Shown here: in pieces, positions 1 through 12,022 of the stretch
Layout: each line of letters begins with the position of its first letter
Numbering within the stretch: the stretch's first letter is position 1
The notes under the pieces: model-generated
What the model saw: the letters and a program-made list of their open reading frames with translations, nothing else
Told to the model about the DNA's origin: nothing
Databases searched by the model: none
Assembly (NCBI GenBank): GCA_001179505.1
Contig: CDMY01000458.1
Span: 8,505-72,504, forward strand
DNA from: Vitrella brassicaformis CCMP3155
Taxonomy: Eukaryota > Protista > Chromerida
Direction of reading: 5' to 3'
DNA: 64,000 bases
Translations under genes and position numbers: made by a program

Positions 1-399
1 CAATCATGCTTATTTTTGACTTCAATCATGCTAAACATCGACGTCTGACAAATCAACAACACACTAAACAAACAAACAAACAGACAGACAGACGTGGAAT
101 TAACTTTTCCCCGTCAACTTCTTGTCAAATCATCGAAAAATTGTAGCTGAGCAGTGCATAATAAAGATGTCTGGTTGTTCTCCCTGCTGCCGCCTCGCCA
201 TGAACGCATGTCTCCCTCTTGCCTCTGCCTGCTGCTGTGGGTCTTGCTGCATTACAAGTGGTGCCCCAAGAAAAACAGTCTGCACTCAGGCATCTCTGTG
301 TATGCAAACATATTCATGGATATGTAGACAAGTGACAAGAAGAGTGCATATGTGCGTCAGGGGGAGGAGGCTGACGGCCTGACGGCTGGGCAGGTGGTG

Positions 400-1380
400 A
401 AGCTAGGTGCCGCTGGCGTTCATCTCACCGAAAGGGCGCGCAAAGGTCAGGGGTGGAGGGAAACGGGGAGATCTACGTGAGCGGCAAGTGTGTGTGTGTT
501 TGTGTGCTGCTGGATGCGTTCAGTTGGTGCAAAGACGGTAGAACTTGATGGGTTCGGCGAGAAGAACAAAGGCGGCGAGGCCAGTACGTCCGCCGTGGTG
601 GGCAACGAGCGTGAGCAGGAGCTGCAGCAGTACAAGCCGCAACACATTCTGGATGACCTGCCCGCATTTGGTATGCCACGATCAGCTCGGCCGCACCCAC
701 TCACGCACCCATCCACCCACCCACCCACCCACCGACCATGAGCCTCACGCGTCTGTTTATCTCTCTGGTGTTCATGGCTGGGCCTGTGTGTACGTGCGTG
801 TGTGTGTCAGCCAAAGGACCACTGCTGTGGCTCATCATGCGCGTGTTCTGCCTCCTTCCCAAGCCGTCACCGAACGGGTCGCCGACCAACTACATCACTT
901 CTGCGCAACTTGACGATATCGCGTCATCCCAGGCTCTGCCCTACAGTAAGTAAATACGGCTTTGGATGAGAGAGTCAAGGGCACGACCGACGGGACACAT
1001 GTCTATGTGTGTATGCGTGTCTGTTCCATTCAGCTCAGTACGAGATAGTGTCTTCGACATCCACGACCAGGACGCCATGACCATCTACAAAACCATCACG
1101 TTAGAGGACATCCAGGTCAGTCACGCAAGCAAGTGGCCCGTCTCGTGTGGGGTCTCACGTGTGCATGTCGTTTCACAAGTGCTGCATTTTGTGTGTTGCA
1201 GCACACGAAGTTTCGCAGTGACCTGTTGGAGCGTTTCTACTACATGTACAAGTACGCCTCCCACCAAGTGCTCGCCCTGTGCCCTCATCGACGAGGTGGC
1301 GTTGGAGGGCATTCTCAAGGAGATTCCGCCATACAAGATGTGGCATATGCCGGTCAGTGGGCGGGCAAGGAAAGGCAAAC
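400..1380 (+). CDS. Probable multi-exon gene of unknown function (exon fragments only)
   Basis: Protein-like segments separated by GT..AG microsatellite introns: GAKTVELDGFGEKNK..DDLPAF, KGPLLWLIMRVFCLLPKP..ALPY, RDSVFDIHDQDAMTIYKTITLEDIQ, VALEGILKEIPPYKMWHMP. No family recognised and the frame is not fully resolved. Confidence 0.4.
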
Positions 1381-2767
1381 ACGGCTGATCTCACGGAATG
1401 CTTTGGTGTGATGGACGGCTTGTGGATAGATTAAGGACTGGCGTAGAGGGAATTGGATGGTAGGTATGCACCAAAGTCGATGGATTTGTGGCATTGGTTT
1501 GGACACCCTCCTCCCCGTGAGCGTTTGACTCTGCGTGCTCATGGGACTGTATTTGTATGAGTATCACGGGCACACAAACGAGTGTTACGTATAATGCAAG
1601 TTTCTCCCTTAATACAAGCACCCACGCATCCACACACATGTTTGTCTCTCTGCATGTTGTTCTCTGTCTATTTGAGCTGGCCGTGTGTGGTTGTGTGGGT
1701 GGATCGGTGGTTTCCTTGGGTGTGGGTGAGCGGCTGGCTGGCTGGCGGCCTGGCTGGCTGGATAGATGGATGGATGGGCGGGAGGGCGGGCAAGTGATTG
1801 TTTGGATGCATAGATGACTAATCGGTGCACACAGGTATGTGTACCTTCTGGTAAGCTGCGATCTGGCCATCTGATATGACAAGCTCAAGGTCTTCTTCTT
1901 GCTCCTGCTCTTGCTCCCGTCCTGCGTCGCCCCTACAGATGGATCAGGCATGGGCAGGTCAAAGTCTCGGTTCTGTTTTTTCTTCGACTGGGTGTGACGA
2001 CTGCTCGGCGTGAAAGCAACATTGTGATAGTCAGGGTCGGCCTGGCGCGTCTTCCAAGGTCGCATACTGCAGCCCGTCAGACAAGCACCACAGGCGAATG
2101 GCTGATGCAACTCTTTGTTCGAGGGCCATTGGGTCTGTTGCTGATACGAAAGGGCCGCGCTGGACGTATCCATTGCCCCAGGCCTAGAGAGAATTGATTG
2201 GATACTCGCCCCCTCGAGACGCAAGAGAAATCCTTGAAAGGACAAATGACTGTTAAGCTCATCCATCCCACACATGCATCGCGTGACAATGAGATGCTTG
2301 ACAAAGCACGCAGATTGGTCTTGACACGCCACAGAGAGAGATAGAGCTCTCTCTCTCTTACGCAAACGCAATCAACATGCATGTGGCACATATACAACTG
2401 AATATGGCAGTACGTAAAGGACGTAAAGAGGCAGACGTAAAGACACGGAACGGGTATTTACGTCGAAAGACATCTAGCTGGATGTATAACAAGCTATGAA
2501 GCGCGATAGGAATCAAATGAATACGGCGTCTCTACAAAAACGTGTGACAGAGCTGACACTCAAGTGACTAAATGCGTTTAAACGATGATTACCACGCTGT
2601 TGTGTTCGAGTTTTGCATAATTCGTGAGATGTTGAGCTCCTGGACACCTACAGATTGGACACACATGACTTACCCCGATCGAGGTATTAATGATCAAGTC
2701 CTACAAGCCCGTTAGCATGGGGGGCGTTTCTTATGAGAATGAAATGAAAGCGGGACCAGTGGGCAAA

Positions 2768-4296
2768 ATGGAAGCTTATTTGTTTTTTTTGTTGCCTCTC
2801 AGTGTTTCCAGCGCCGTCGGCTACTCGGTTGGAGAGGAGGACCTCTGGCCCCGCTGGTACGATTATCAGTTGCTGTTTCGGGACTCGCAAGATCCAAGTG
2901 CTTGCAGCTGTCCTGGCGCCGGAGGTAACCGGCCGTGCCTGATGGCCTCTCCTACTGCTGTCATATCCCTGACTGTCTCTGTCCGGGTTGTAGGGTCGTG
3001 TTATGGCGAGTGTGGGCGCAAATTCGACGCTGCGGAAGTAGCCACCGTAGAGGCTTTCCAGTACGGCCGCTTTGAGGCCTGTTTCTTCCCGAATGTCAGA
3101 GACAACGGCACACTTGCAACTTTCTTCCTCTACAAGAACGATAGTGACAAGGTGTCCGGGGCGACGTGGCAAGAGATTGACTTTGAGATACATGGCAGGG
3201 GGGGGCACACCCATGCACCGATACAGGTAGGAAAGAGACTCATATCGTGACAACTGGGTTGCTTTCACCTATTTGCCGCCAGACAAACATGATAACGGGC
3301 AGCATGGGCAGGCGCCGGAATCCAGAAATGTTTCACGCGGCACCGGGTTACGCGAGGGACACGGATGCACAAATCGAAGCCATCAAAAAAGGCTTCCACC
3401 ACTTTGCTGTCGAGTGGACACCTGAGTACGTCGCTTGGTTTTTTGACGAGCAGCGGATCCGCCACGAAGTCAGATGCGGGCCAAAGAAGAAGAAGAAGAA
3501 GAAGGGATGCAGACCCTCATTGCCCCAGCTCAATGAGACCATGAACGTGCGGATGTCGGTGTGGCCACTCTCTCCAGCGATCCCTTGGGCCAAGGATTGG
3601 GCAGGCATACTTGATGAGGAACACACAAAGCTCCCCATTACTGTGTACTATGACTACGTGAAGGTCTACAACTATGATTCAATTTCAAAGGGTTGGAAGA
3701 GAATTATGTTGGAAATTGGAATTTTTCTGAGGTCTTGTTCTTGTCTGTCAGGTTTTGTTCTTAAGTGGGCTGATGACTTCACATCATTCAACACCTCCAG
3801 ATGGGAGAAGAGCACCCACACATGGGGTGGCAATTACGCTCACATGCGGCCGGACAAGGCAGTCATTGTTCGGGGACATGACTCAAAGTCGTCATATCTC
3901 TCCCTTTCCATCGCGCCCGCCGGGGAAGACATCACCGTCCCAGCTCCTCAGCAGACCGGCCCCGGCTGTGTCAATTCTGAGATTGCCCACCTTTCGACAG
4001 ACGTATACACCGGCGTCTGCGACGGTACCAAGAGGGTCGTATGGCAGCAAGGTGTGCGCTACGAAGGCGGCTATGTGGCTTTTGTTCCGATTGAAGTGTT
4101 TGCGGACGACGACGCCGTTCTTCAGTGTGCTGCTACGTGCGATGAGGTTCCCGCATGCCGCGTTTTTTCGGTGCACAATGCCAATACGAGGACGTATTGC
4201 AGTGGTTTCATCATCCCTGAACGGCAAGTCAAGGACGAGACAGCCAACGGAGGTGTGGTCTGCATGGATGAGGAGAAGGACGAGGACAGGTTGTGA
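2768..4296 (+). CDS. Secreted GH16 beta-glucanase (lichenase-like), circularly permuted, with C-terminal PAN/Apple-like Cys motif
   Basis: Signal peptide MEAYLFFLLPLSVSSAVG. Catalytic WQEIDFE, FQYGRFEA, FHHFAVEWTPEYVAW and YYDYVKVY are present. The normally N-terminal strand block (FVLKWADDFTSFNTSRWEKS) follows the core. Short introns at 3227-3282 and probably 3692-3751. C-terminal CAATCDEVPACRVFS..C. Confidence 0.9.
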
Positions 4297-7200
4297 AGTA
4301 GTTCTTTGAGTGCGAAATTACTACCCCTTAATTCCATAGTTCCGAAGTTACTCATAGCTTCCCCAACTACCTGGATTGTGCCGGCAGCTGCGCAGCACGA
4401 AGAAGCGCAACTGTTGGGTGCACGTAGGCTGGGAAGATGATGGGATGTGCTTTCTAAAGAGAGATAGTGCTGTGGGGTTGTGCTACAGGTGGGAGAAACG
4501 TCTAGTGGTAGAATGAATGTGACTGATGCAAGTTGGACAATGGACATTAACCAGACCTCCAGAGGGGCCGGCCTGGGTAGCCACTAGAGCGAAGCCTAGA
4601 GCGACCATGAACTTGAATTACGAAAGACTCGACTAGGCCTCCAACTTGAAGGCATCAAGGTCAAATCCAAAGACATGCTGACGCACGGGAGAGATGGTGA
4701 CATCTCCCTGCCTTCATCAGCGCAGCGGTATATCATCGAGGCGAAATGCCCTTCAGTGTCATATTTCTTCTCGTGTTTGAGTGCCGATGTGTCGTTTCAT
4801 GCCACCCTGCAGCAGATGGGGCTCCTCGCGCACGCGGGTCGACATACTGTTTCCATGTGGAGGAGGGACCCCCGAGAAATAGTCGGCGATCGGCAAGGCG
4901 AACTCCGGAGTCCGCGGCAGAGAGTTTCACCCGCGCGCTCCGGAGTCCGCGAGCTCGCTGAGGCTGACAGGAGCAAGCTGAATCAGCGCTGTGCCCCTTC
5001 CTTGTTTTGCTGCCATTCTTTCATACTTAAGTGACTCATACATGGGTGTTTGTCGTGCTCTTGACGCTACGTGTCTCTGTCGTTACGTGCTCTGTTTAAT
5101 ATGGCTACGCGCTCCTTCTATTGCTATGCAGCCAATAGAATCTACTACAGTGATCAGCCTGCATACATGCAGCGATGCAAGATATGAGGTTTGTGTCTTC
5201 CTACCTTGTGTACCTTGTGTCTTGTGTGGTCAGGTCTTGCGGAGCTTGGGCAGGATATTGGTTAGTATTGCCATATTCTCAAAAGCCTTTGTCACCTCGC
5301 CGACTCTTCTCCAGCAATCAACGAACTTCTGAAAGACGCCACACACAGCAATCAAGATTCTTCTGTTCCTTCTCGTGTGTTGATTGTCAGTGTGTCATTT
5401 CAATCCACCCTGTAGCATTCCCTCACTTCATGTGCTGGGCTCCGAACAGCACCATTGTCAACTGCAGGGTGTGAAAGGCGCATGAATATGACACATGATC
5501 CATCTCACATCAACACATCCGCTGAGTGATGCAACCTCAGTTACAGAAGGAGAAAACCCACAGACAGTGACAAAAACTCCTTTCTCCGCTTCGCCATCCG
5601 AATGGCCCAACCCACCAATGACCGTTCGTTTGCGTATTGACGTCGGATGGATGCAGGACCGGCTGCTGTGCAGCGCGTCTTCCTCTCAGGCGTGGGAGTC
5701 CTGGCACCCTGACGAAGCTGTCATTCGTGTGTGTCATCACTCGTGCCACAGCTACATGACGTCGTAGTGCTTGCGGGCTCGGGATTCCTTGTTTGGAGCT
5801 ACTCTCCCGGCCGTTTGTAAACACTGTAGCGTGCGGGCTTAGCTCACTCAGCTTCCTCATTCGCCTTCTGATGATATCCCCTCAGCTACATCTCGGGTAC
5901 GTAGCCTCACAGAAACCCATTGTGGTCACTCACTACCCCTCATCATGCAAAAACACGATGGCAACTCTGCTGTTCAGGCAAGGCGATGGCCTCCGACTTC
6001 TTGCTGTTGTGTTTCTGACCAGTGTTCGGGTGCCTGGCTCCCCCTTGCCTCGGCTCCTCTTCTCCTCTGCTCCTCCTTGTGATGCGCGTCCTCATCAACG
6101 GTGATGGTCGTGGGCCTCCCGCCTTCACCTTCCAGCATCATCGCATCGCCACCAGAACAACCACACACATGGTGAGCACCACCAATCACACTCTATCAGG
6201 AGATTCGTACGCTCAAATCGCCCTCTGTCTGTCTGTGTGTCGTTTCAGGGCTCTTCGGAGCTGGGATTCACAGTGCCTACAAGCCTGTCTAACGCAATGG
6301 CGTCAAGGACAGAGCGTCCAAGCGATACGGCACCAAGGGGAGGTGATCAACGGGATGGCTGGGCGACCGATATGCTACCGAGGCGAAGTAGCATCCCAGC
6401 AGCGGACGCGGCTCCAGCACCGAGACGAGTTGGTGTGAAATCGCGCGTCAGATCACCGACGACCCCGAAGGCGTGCCGCCCTTCTTCTCTTCCCGTCTTC
6501 CATCATGCTGACTGACATGGTTGGTACACCGAATCTCTATCGTGGCCACAGTCGGACTGCCTCTATCCGACTGCACGTGTGACTTGATTTGGCTGCCACT
6601 GTCATCTCCTGAGCGTGCTCACTCCCTCATGACACGTCTGTCTGCGGCAGGGTCTTTGCGGAGGATTCTCTGGGAAGAAGAGGCTGGAGAAGACCAGCGG
6701 GGAACGAAGCTCTTCCTCTTGACGCGGGCGAAGAATAAGAGCCCGGGGGCCAAGGGAGCCGAGAGACGTCTCGAGCTCGCACACACATACGCATACGCAT
6801 ACACATACACATACGCATACACAAGCATACTTCATTCCCTCGTTGGCTGCGGTTGGCGTGCGGTTCCTAATGTATGTCGCTGTGGCCGTCGCATAACACC
6901 AATAAGATGCGGGTAAGCCGGCAGTGAATAGCAGTGCACGCGCCATAGCACAAATCACACCAATGGCTCGCTCAGCCACTCCATTCTGGGACTGATGATA
7001 TGGCAAACTCCTCTCTTGTCGTATCTGGTTTGTCTCGCAGAACTCTTTCCACTGGCCCTTGATAAGCTCCGCCCCTCCATCTGTCCTCACTGCCTTGGGC
7101 ATGCGGACTGCAGTGCAGTACTGCATGAATGCTGTAGGGGCATCCGATTTCTTCTTGAGAAAGTAAGTCTGCAGGCACCTTGATGCATCATCGACCACCA

Positions 7201-8059
7201 CCATCAGATACTTGTATCCTCTCTCGCTTGGCTGCTTGATCTGTGACAGTTTGACGTGACGATGAGATCACCAGGGTGTTGGTGTCGATACGCATCGATG
7301 AGATCACCAGGGTGTTGGTGTCGATACGCATCTCCTGCATACGGCAGTCGCTTCATCTTGGCCTTCAAACACACTTCACACTTGGCCTTCTCGTCGTCAC
7401 TGTTGTTCTCCTTCTTTGCCGTTGGTGCGTGTCTTGTCACTTCAGGTAGTTTCTTGAGGTATCCATCATTGACGTGGGCAAATCGCTGATGCAATCGCTC
7501 TTGTGTGACGACTTCCGCGACTAATACGTCTGTTGTCATCACATCCGTCGGTTCTTCATTGTCATCGTCCACCGATGGTGTGTGCGGCTGCTCCATGACG
7601 TCAACCACTCGCTCATCGGTCGCATTCGGGCAGTCGGACGGGTCCTTGTAGATGTTGAGGTACCAGAATCGCCCTTCACGCATCAATGGGTACATATCTC
7701 CTCTCCTTGCCTTCAGGAACGCAGCGCCATGATCAATCTCGAGCTTGACGTTGTAATCGTCGATAAGGTGAGCAAGAGAAAGCAGGTTGAACTTGAGCTT
7801 GGGCACATACAGCACGTTGTCCACCATGACCTTCTTCTTGCCTTTGTTGATCTCTCCACAGGTAAACTTGATGCAGCCGACACCCATTGCTGGTGCGGTT
7901 GATCCATTCGCCATGATGACGTTGATGTCGTGGTCGAGTGGCTTGATTTCGTCGAAAAGCTGCTCCTCAAAACAGCATGATCGCGCTGCTCCAGTGTCCA
8001 TCATCATTGCCGTAGGTGAGGTTGAACACACACCATTCACGTGCACCACCTCATCAGCC

Positions 8060-8359
8060 NNNNNNNNNNNNNNNNNNNNNNNNNNNNNNNNNNNNNNNNN
8101 NNNNNNNNNNNNNNNNNNNNNNNNNNNNNNNNNNNNNNNNNNNNNNNNNNNNNNNNNNNNNNNNNNNNNNNNNNNNNNNNNNNNNNNNNNNNNNNNNNNN
8201 NNNNNNNNNNNNNNNNNNNNNNNNNNNNNNNNNNNNNNNNNNNNNNNNNNNNNNNNNNNNNNNNNNNNNNNNNNNNNNNNNNNNNNNNNNNNNNNNNNNN
8301 NNNNNNNNNNNNNNNNNNNNNNNNNNNNNNNNNNNNNNNNNNNNNNNNNNNNNNNNNNN
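8060..8359. other. Scaffold gap (300 N); identical-size gaps at 31880-32179, 43066-43365 and 49581-49880
   Basis: N runs of exactly 300 bases, so the length is a placeholder. Confidence 0.99.
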
Positions 8360-11300
8360 ACCAGCGGGGCGTTGAGAAATGCTGTGTTGATGTCCATCTG
8401 ATGTATCTCCAGGTTGAGTTGATTCGCCAGGGCAAACGCTGATCGAACAATGTGGTAGGAGGGCGTAGGGGAAAACACCTCATCCACTTGGTTGCCGTCT
8501 TGTTCGAATCCTCTTGCGACGATGCGAGCCTTGTACTTGTCAGGCTTGTAGGTCTTCGGTATGGTTGGCTGAAATAGCTGTGGAAGTGATGGGTCATCTC
8601 CGGTCTTGTCGTCTTCCGATGGGTGTTGTTGCTTCTCCTCTTGTCCAGGCAGTATCGCCTCGTCAAACACCACATCGCGTGACAGCACCAATTGCCGTGT
8701 GTGCGGCAGATACACCAGATAGCCGTCCTTAGTCGTTGGGTCATACCCAAGTAAGATGCCGATCTGCGTGCGAGGGTCCATTTTGCCAACCGTCTCTTTC
8801 CTCTGGTTCATGTGTGTCTTGCAGCCGAAGGTGCGGATGTGGCCGACATCGGGTGGATAGCCGATGAAGAGCTCATGTGGTGTCTTCATTCCCTCGTTGG
8901 CTGCGGTTGGCGTGCGGTTCTTAATGTACGTCGCTGTGGCTGTCGCATAACACCAATAAGATGCGGGTAAGCCGGCAGTGAATAGCAGTGCACGCGCCAT
9001 AGCACAAATCACACCAATGGCTCGCTCAGCCACTCCATTCTGGGACTGATGATATGGCAAACTCTCTCTTGTCGTATCTGGTTTGTCTCGCAGAAGTCTT
9101 TCCACTGGCCCTTGATGAGCTCCGCCCCTCCATCTGTCCTCACTGCCTTGGGCATGCGGACTGCAATGCAGTACTGGATGAATGCGGCAGGGGCGTCCGA
9201 TTTCTTCTTGAGGAAGTAAGTCTGCAGCCACCTTGATGCATCGTCGACCACCACCATCAGATACTTGTATCCTCTCTCGCTTGGCTGCTTGATCTGTGAC
9301 AGGTCGACGTGGATGAGATCACCAGGGTGTTGGTGTCGATACGCATCTCCTGCATACGGCAGTCGCTTCATCTTGGCCTTCAAACACACTTCACACTTGG
9401 CCTTCTCGTCGTCACTGTTGTTCTCCTTCTTTGCCGTTGGTGCGTGTCTTGTCACTTCAGGTAGTTTCTTGAGGTATCCATCATTGACGTGGGCAAATCG
9501 CTGATGCAATCGCTCTTGTGTGACGACTTCCGCGACTAATACGTCTGTTGTCATCACATCCGTCGGTTCTTCATTGTCATCGTCCACCGATGGTGTGTGC
9601 GGCTGCTCCATGACGTCAACCACTCGCTCATCGGTCGCATTCGGGCAGTCGGACGGGTCCTTGTAGATGTTGAGGTACCAGAATCGCCCTTCACGCATCA
9701 ATGGGTACATATCTCCTCTCCTTGCCTTCAGGAACGCAGCGCCATGATCAATCTCGAGCTTGACGTTGTAATCGTCGATAAGGTGAGCAAGAGAAAGCAG
9801 GTTGAACTTGAGCTTGGGCACATACAGCACGTTGTCCACCATGACCTTCTTCTTGCCTTTGTTGATCTCTCCACAGGTAAACTTGATGCAGCCGACACCC
9901 ATTGCTGGTGCGGTTGATCCATTCGCCATGATGACGTTGATGTCGTGGTCAAGTGGCTTGATTTCGTCGAAGAGCTGCTCCTCAAAACAGCATGATCGCG
10001 CTGCTCCAGTGTCCATCATCATTGCCGCAGGTGAGATGAACACACACCATTCACGTGCACCACCTCATCAGCCAGTTCTTCTATCTCGACTGCTCCAATC
10101 GTAACAAAGTCCTCATTTCCTTGTTGCTGTTGTTCTTCCTCTTCGTAGACATCGAATTGGTTGGCGTATTGGCGATTGGGACGTCGGTCGTTCCGTCTAT
10201 CATTGGCTCGTGCTCGAGTGTTGTTCATAATGATGTCGCCATCCTTATCTCGTCGTTCTGTAGGGCGTCATGTTTGCTGCTGCTGCCCTCCTCCCTGCTG
10301 CTGTCCGCCAGTGTGCCAGGTGCGCTGAGAGGATTGGGCATAAGTGGATAAGGCCGGTCGCCAGTAGTCGCCGCTCTGTCTGTTGGTGTTGCTCGGCTGG
10401 TTCCTCCATCCACTGTCATTGTTCCTGTTGGTATTGTTGTATCTGTTGTCAGGTCGTCTGTCAGTCCATCCCTTCCTCTCATCATCATACTGACTACGCT
10501 GGTCTTGACAGTCATGTTGTCTTCCGGATGGACGGCCGTTCTGCTGATGTTGACGGTCTCGTTGCTCTCTTCGCAGCTGTGTCATGCGGTCATTCGCATT
10601 ACGAAGAGCTTCTTCAAATTGCGGCCACGTCAGTGCTTCTCCACGATACGCGCGGGATGCTGACTCATGCGCCATGGTTGCCTTGAACATGTCGAATCTC
10701 TCAGGCAATGCCGATAGCATGACGGCGATCATCGTCTCGTCTGGCACTGTTGATCCGACTTCATGAAGGCGGCTGACGAGATAGCTGAAGTCGCCAAGGG
10801 CGTCGTCAAGATCGTCCTTGATCATCTTCCAGCTGAAGAATCGCTGCAAGAGCTCGTGCTTGCATACGATACGATCAGGTATGAACCGCTTCCGCAGTTC
10901 TAGATACGCCCATGCACCATTCTCGCCGTGCTTCTGGTATGCTTCTTGAATCAGTCGCTTGGCCTTGTCTGCTGTCTGCAGGGCGAGGAAGCCGAACAGC
11001 CATCGGAGGTTCTTGGCGTTGGAGCTCTCCTGCTCAATCAGGATTGGCTGTCCCTGCTGGTTCACCACGGGCTGATTATTGCCATCCATCTGTGGCACCG
11101 CTATCTTCATCGGCGGGACGTCCTCATCCTTAGTAGGTAGATAGACTTTCACATCCATCTCTCTTGCTGCCAAGTAGGCTCTGAGAGTAAAGTCCCATTC
11201 ACGCCACTTGATGTCGTTCTCGCCACTCCTGCCGGTAAAGACGGGGAAGGTGGCCTTGGTCTCGAGATTGAGTGTCATCTCTGCTGTCTGCTTTGTTGAT

Positions 11301-11443
11301 GTTGTTGTTGTCTTTCTTCAAGTACTGCTAGTAGTTGACTGCTGCTGATACTGCGCAAGACACTGATAGATCTGTTGGGATCTGTCATTTAGTTGCCGAA
11401 GACTTCGGCTCAGATAAGCAAGAACCAAGTTGCTGCGCCCATG

Positions 11444-11651
11444 TGCGAAAAAGGCCGGTGAGGACCTTTCCTGTAGTAAGCTGAATAGAGGATCTGCTGG
11501 GCGGTAAGTCCCAGAGTAAGAGTGCTTTTACTTTAATAAGACCGATGGACTGGCCAGTCAGTCAAAGTTGTTTCTGTCCATGTATGGCATCATGAAGGGT
11601 GGTCAACACAGATCTCACTTCGGTGATGGCTGATAAGATCGTGTCTCCGCA
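11444..11651 (-). repeat. Putative 5' LTR of the copia element (TGCG...CGCA termini) next to a PBS-like sequence
   Basis: Inverted 4-bp termini. Directly adjacent minus-strand ATGGGCGCAGCA (11431-11442) resembles the copia PBS GGTTATGGGCCCAG. No second LTR is available to confirm. Confidence 0.4.
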
Positions 11652-11792
11652 GAATGCTTTCCTTGTCTTTCCTTGTCTTCTCCTCTCTCCACCCGTTACA
11701 CAGCAATATACCCTAGCTCACAAGCTCGCAGTGGTTCGTCTTGCCAAGCTGGCAATCCTGACAGGACAGACCCAAAGGGACTTGGCAGCCAG

Positions 11793-11885
11793 GCCGCCTA
11801 GGGTGCTCCCTGAAACCGCTGCGAAGCCGCCTAGGGTGCTCCCTGAAGACGCTTAGGGTGCTTCCTGAAACCGCTGCTGGGGAAA
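11793..11885. repeat. About 3 copies of a ~30-33 bp imperfect tandem repeat (gccgcctagggtgctccctgaa...)
   Basis: Directly visible repeat of core tagggtgctccctgaa / tagggtgcttcctgaa. Confidence 0.85.
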
Positions 11886-12022
11886 CATTCAACGGAAATC
11901 GCTGCTGCGGAAAGCATTCGACGGAACATGCTACTAAGGTGAGAAAGAGAAAGATCTGCACTCCGTATCCATCAGCTCAGCACCGGCTGGACGAAGAAGA
12001 CAGGTCTTCCCGTCACTCCACC

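Larger units (their letters stand above)
6830..11651 (-). mobile_element. Defective Ty1/copia LTR retrotransposon (gag-PR-IN-partial RT) with duplicated PR-IN block
   Basis: gag ORF 10268-11278; protease MMDTGAARSCC; HHCC LHQRFAHVN..CEVCLKAK; integrase HVDL..VVVDDASR..VRTDGGAEL..QNGVAERAI; RT KYKARIVARGFEQ..HQMDINTAFLNAP. IN precedes RT (copia order). Several frameshifts; interrupted by the N gap. Confidence 0.95.

Noticed and set aside
1391-2371. 326-aa minus-strand ORF
   Set aside because: The ends translate microsatellite and intron-like sequence. The central part may be an exon but no domain or splice model could be supported.
4540-6800. Several short ORFs and a missing 3' LTR/PPT for the copia element
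   Set aside because: No recognisable motifs, and no copy of the 11444-11651 sequence was found.
11793-11885. Repeat cluster as a CRISPR array or telomeric seed
   Set aside because: Eukaryotic context, no unique spacers of constant length, no cas genes, and only one isolated TTAGGG.
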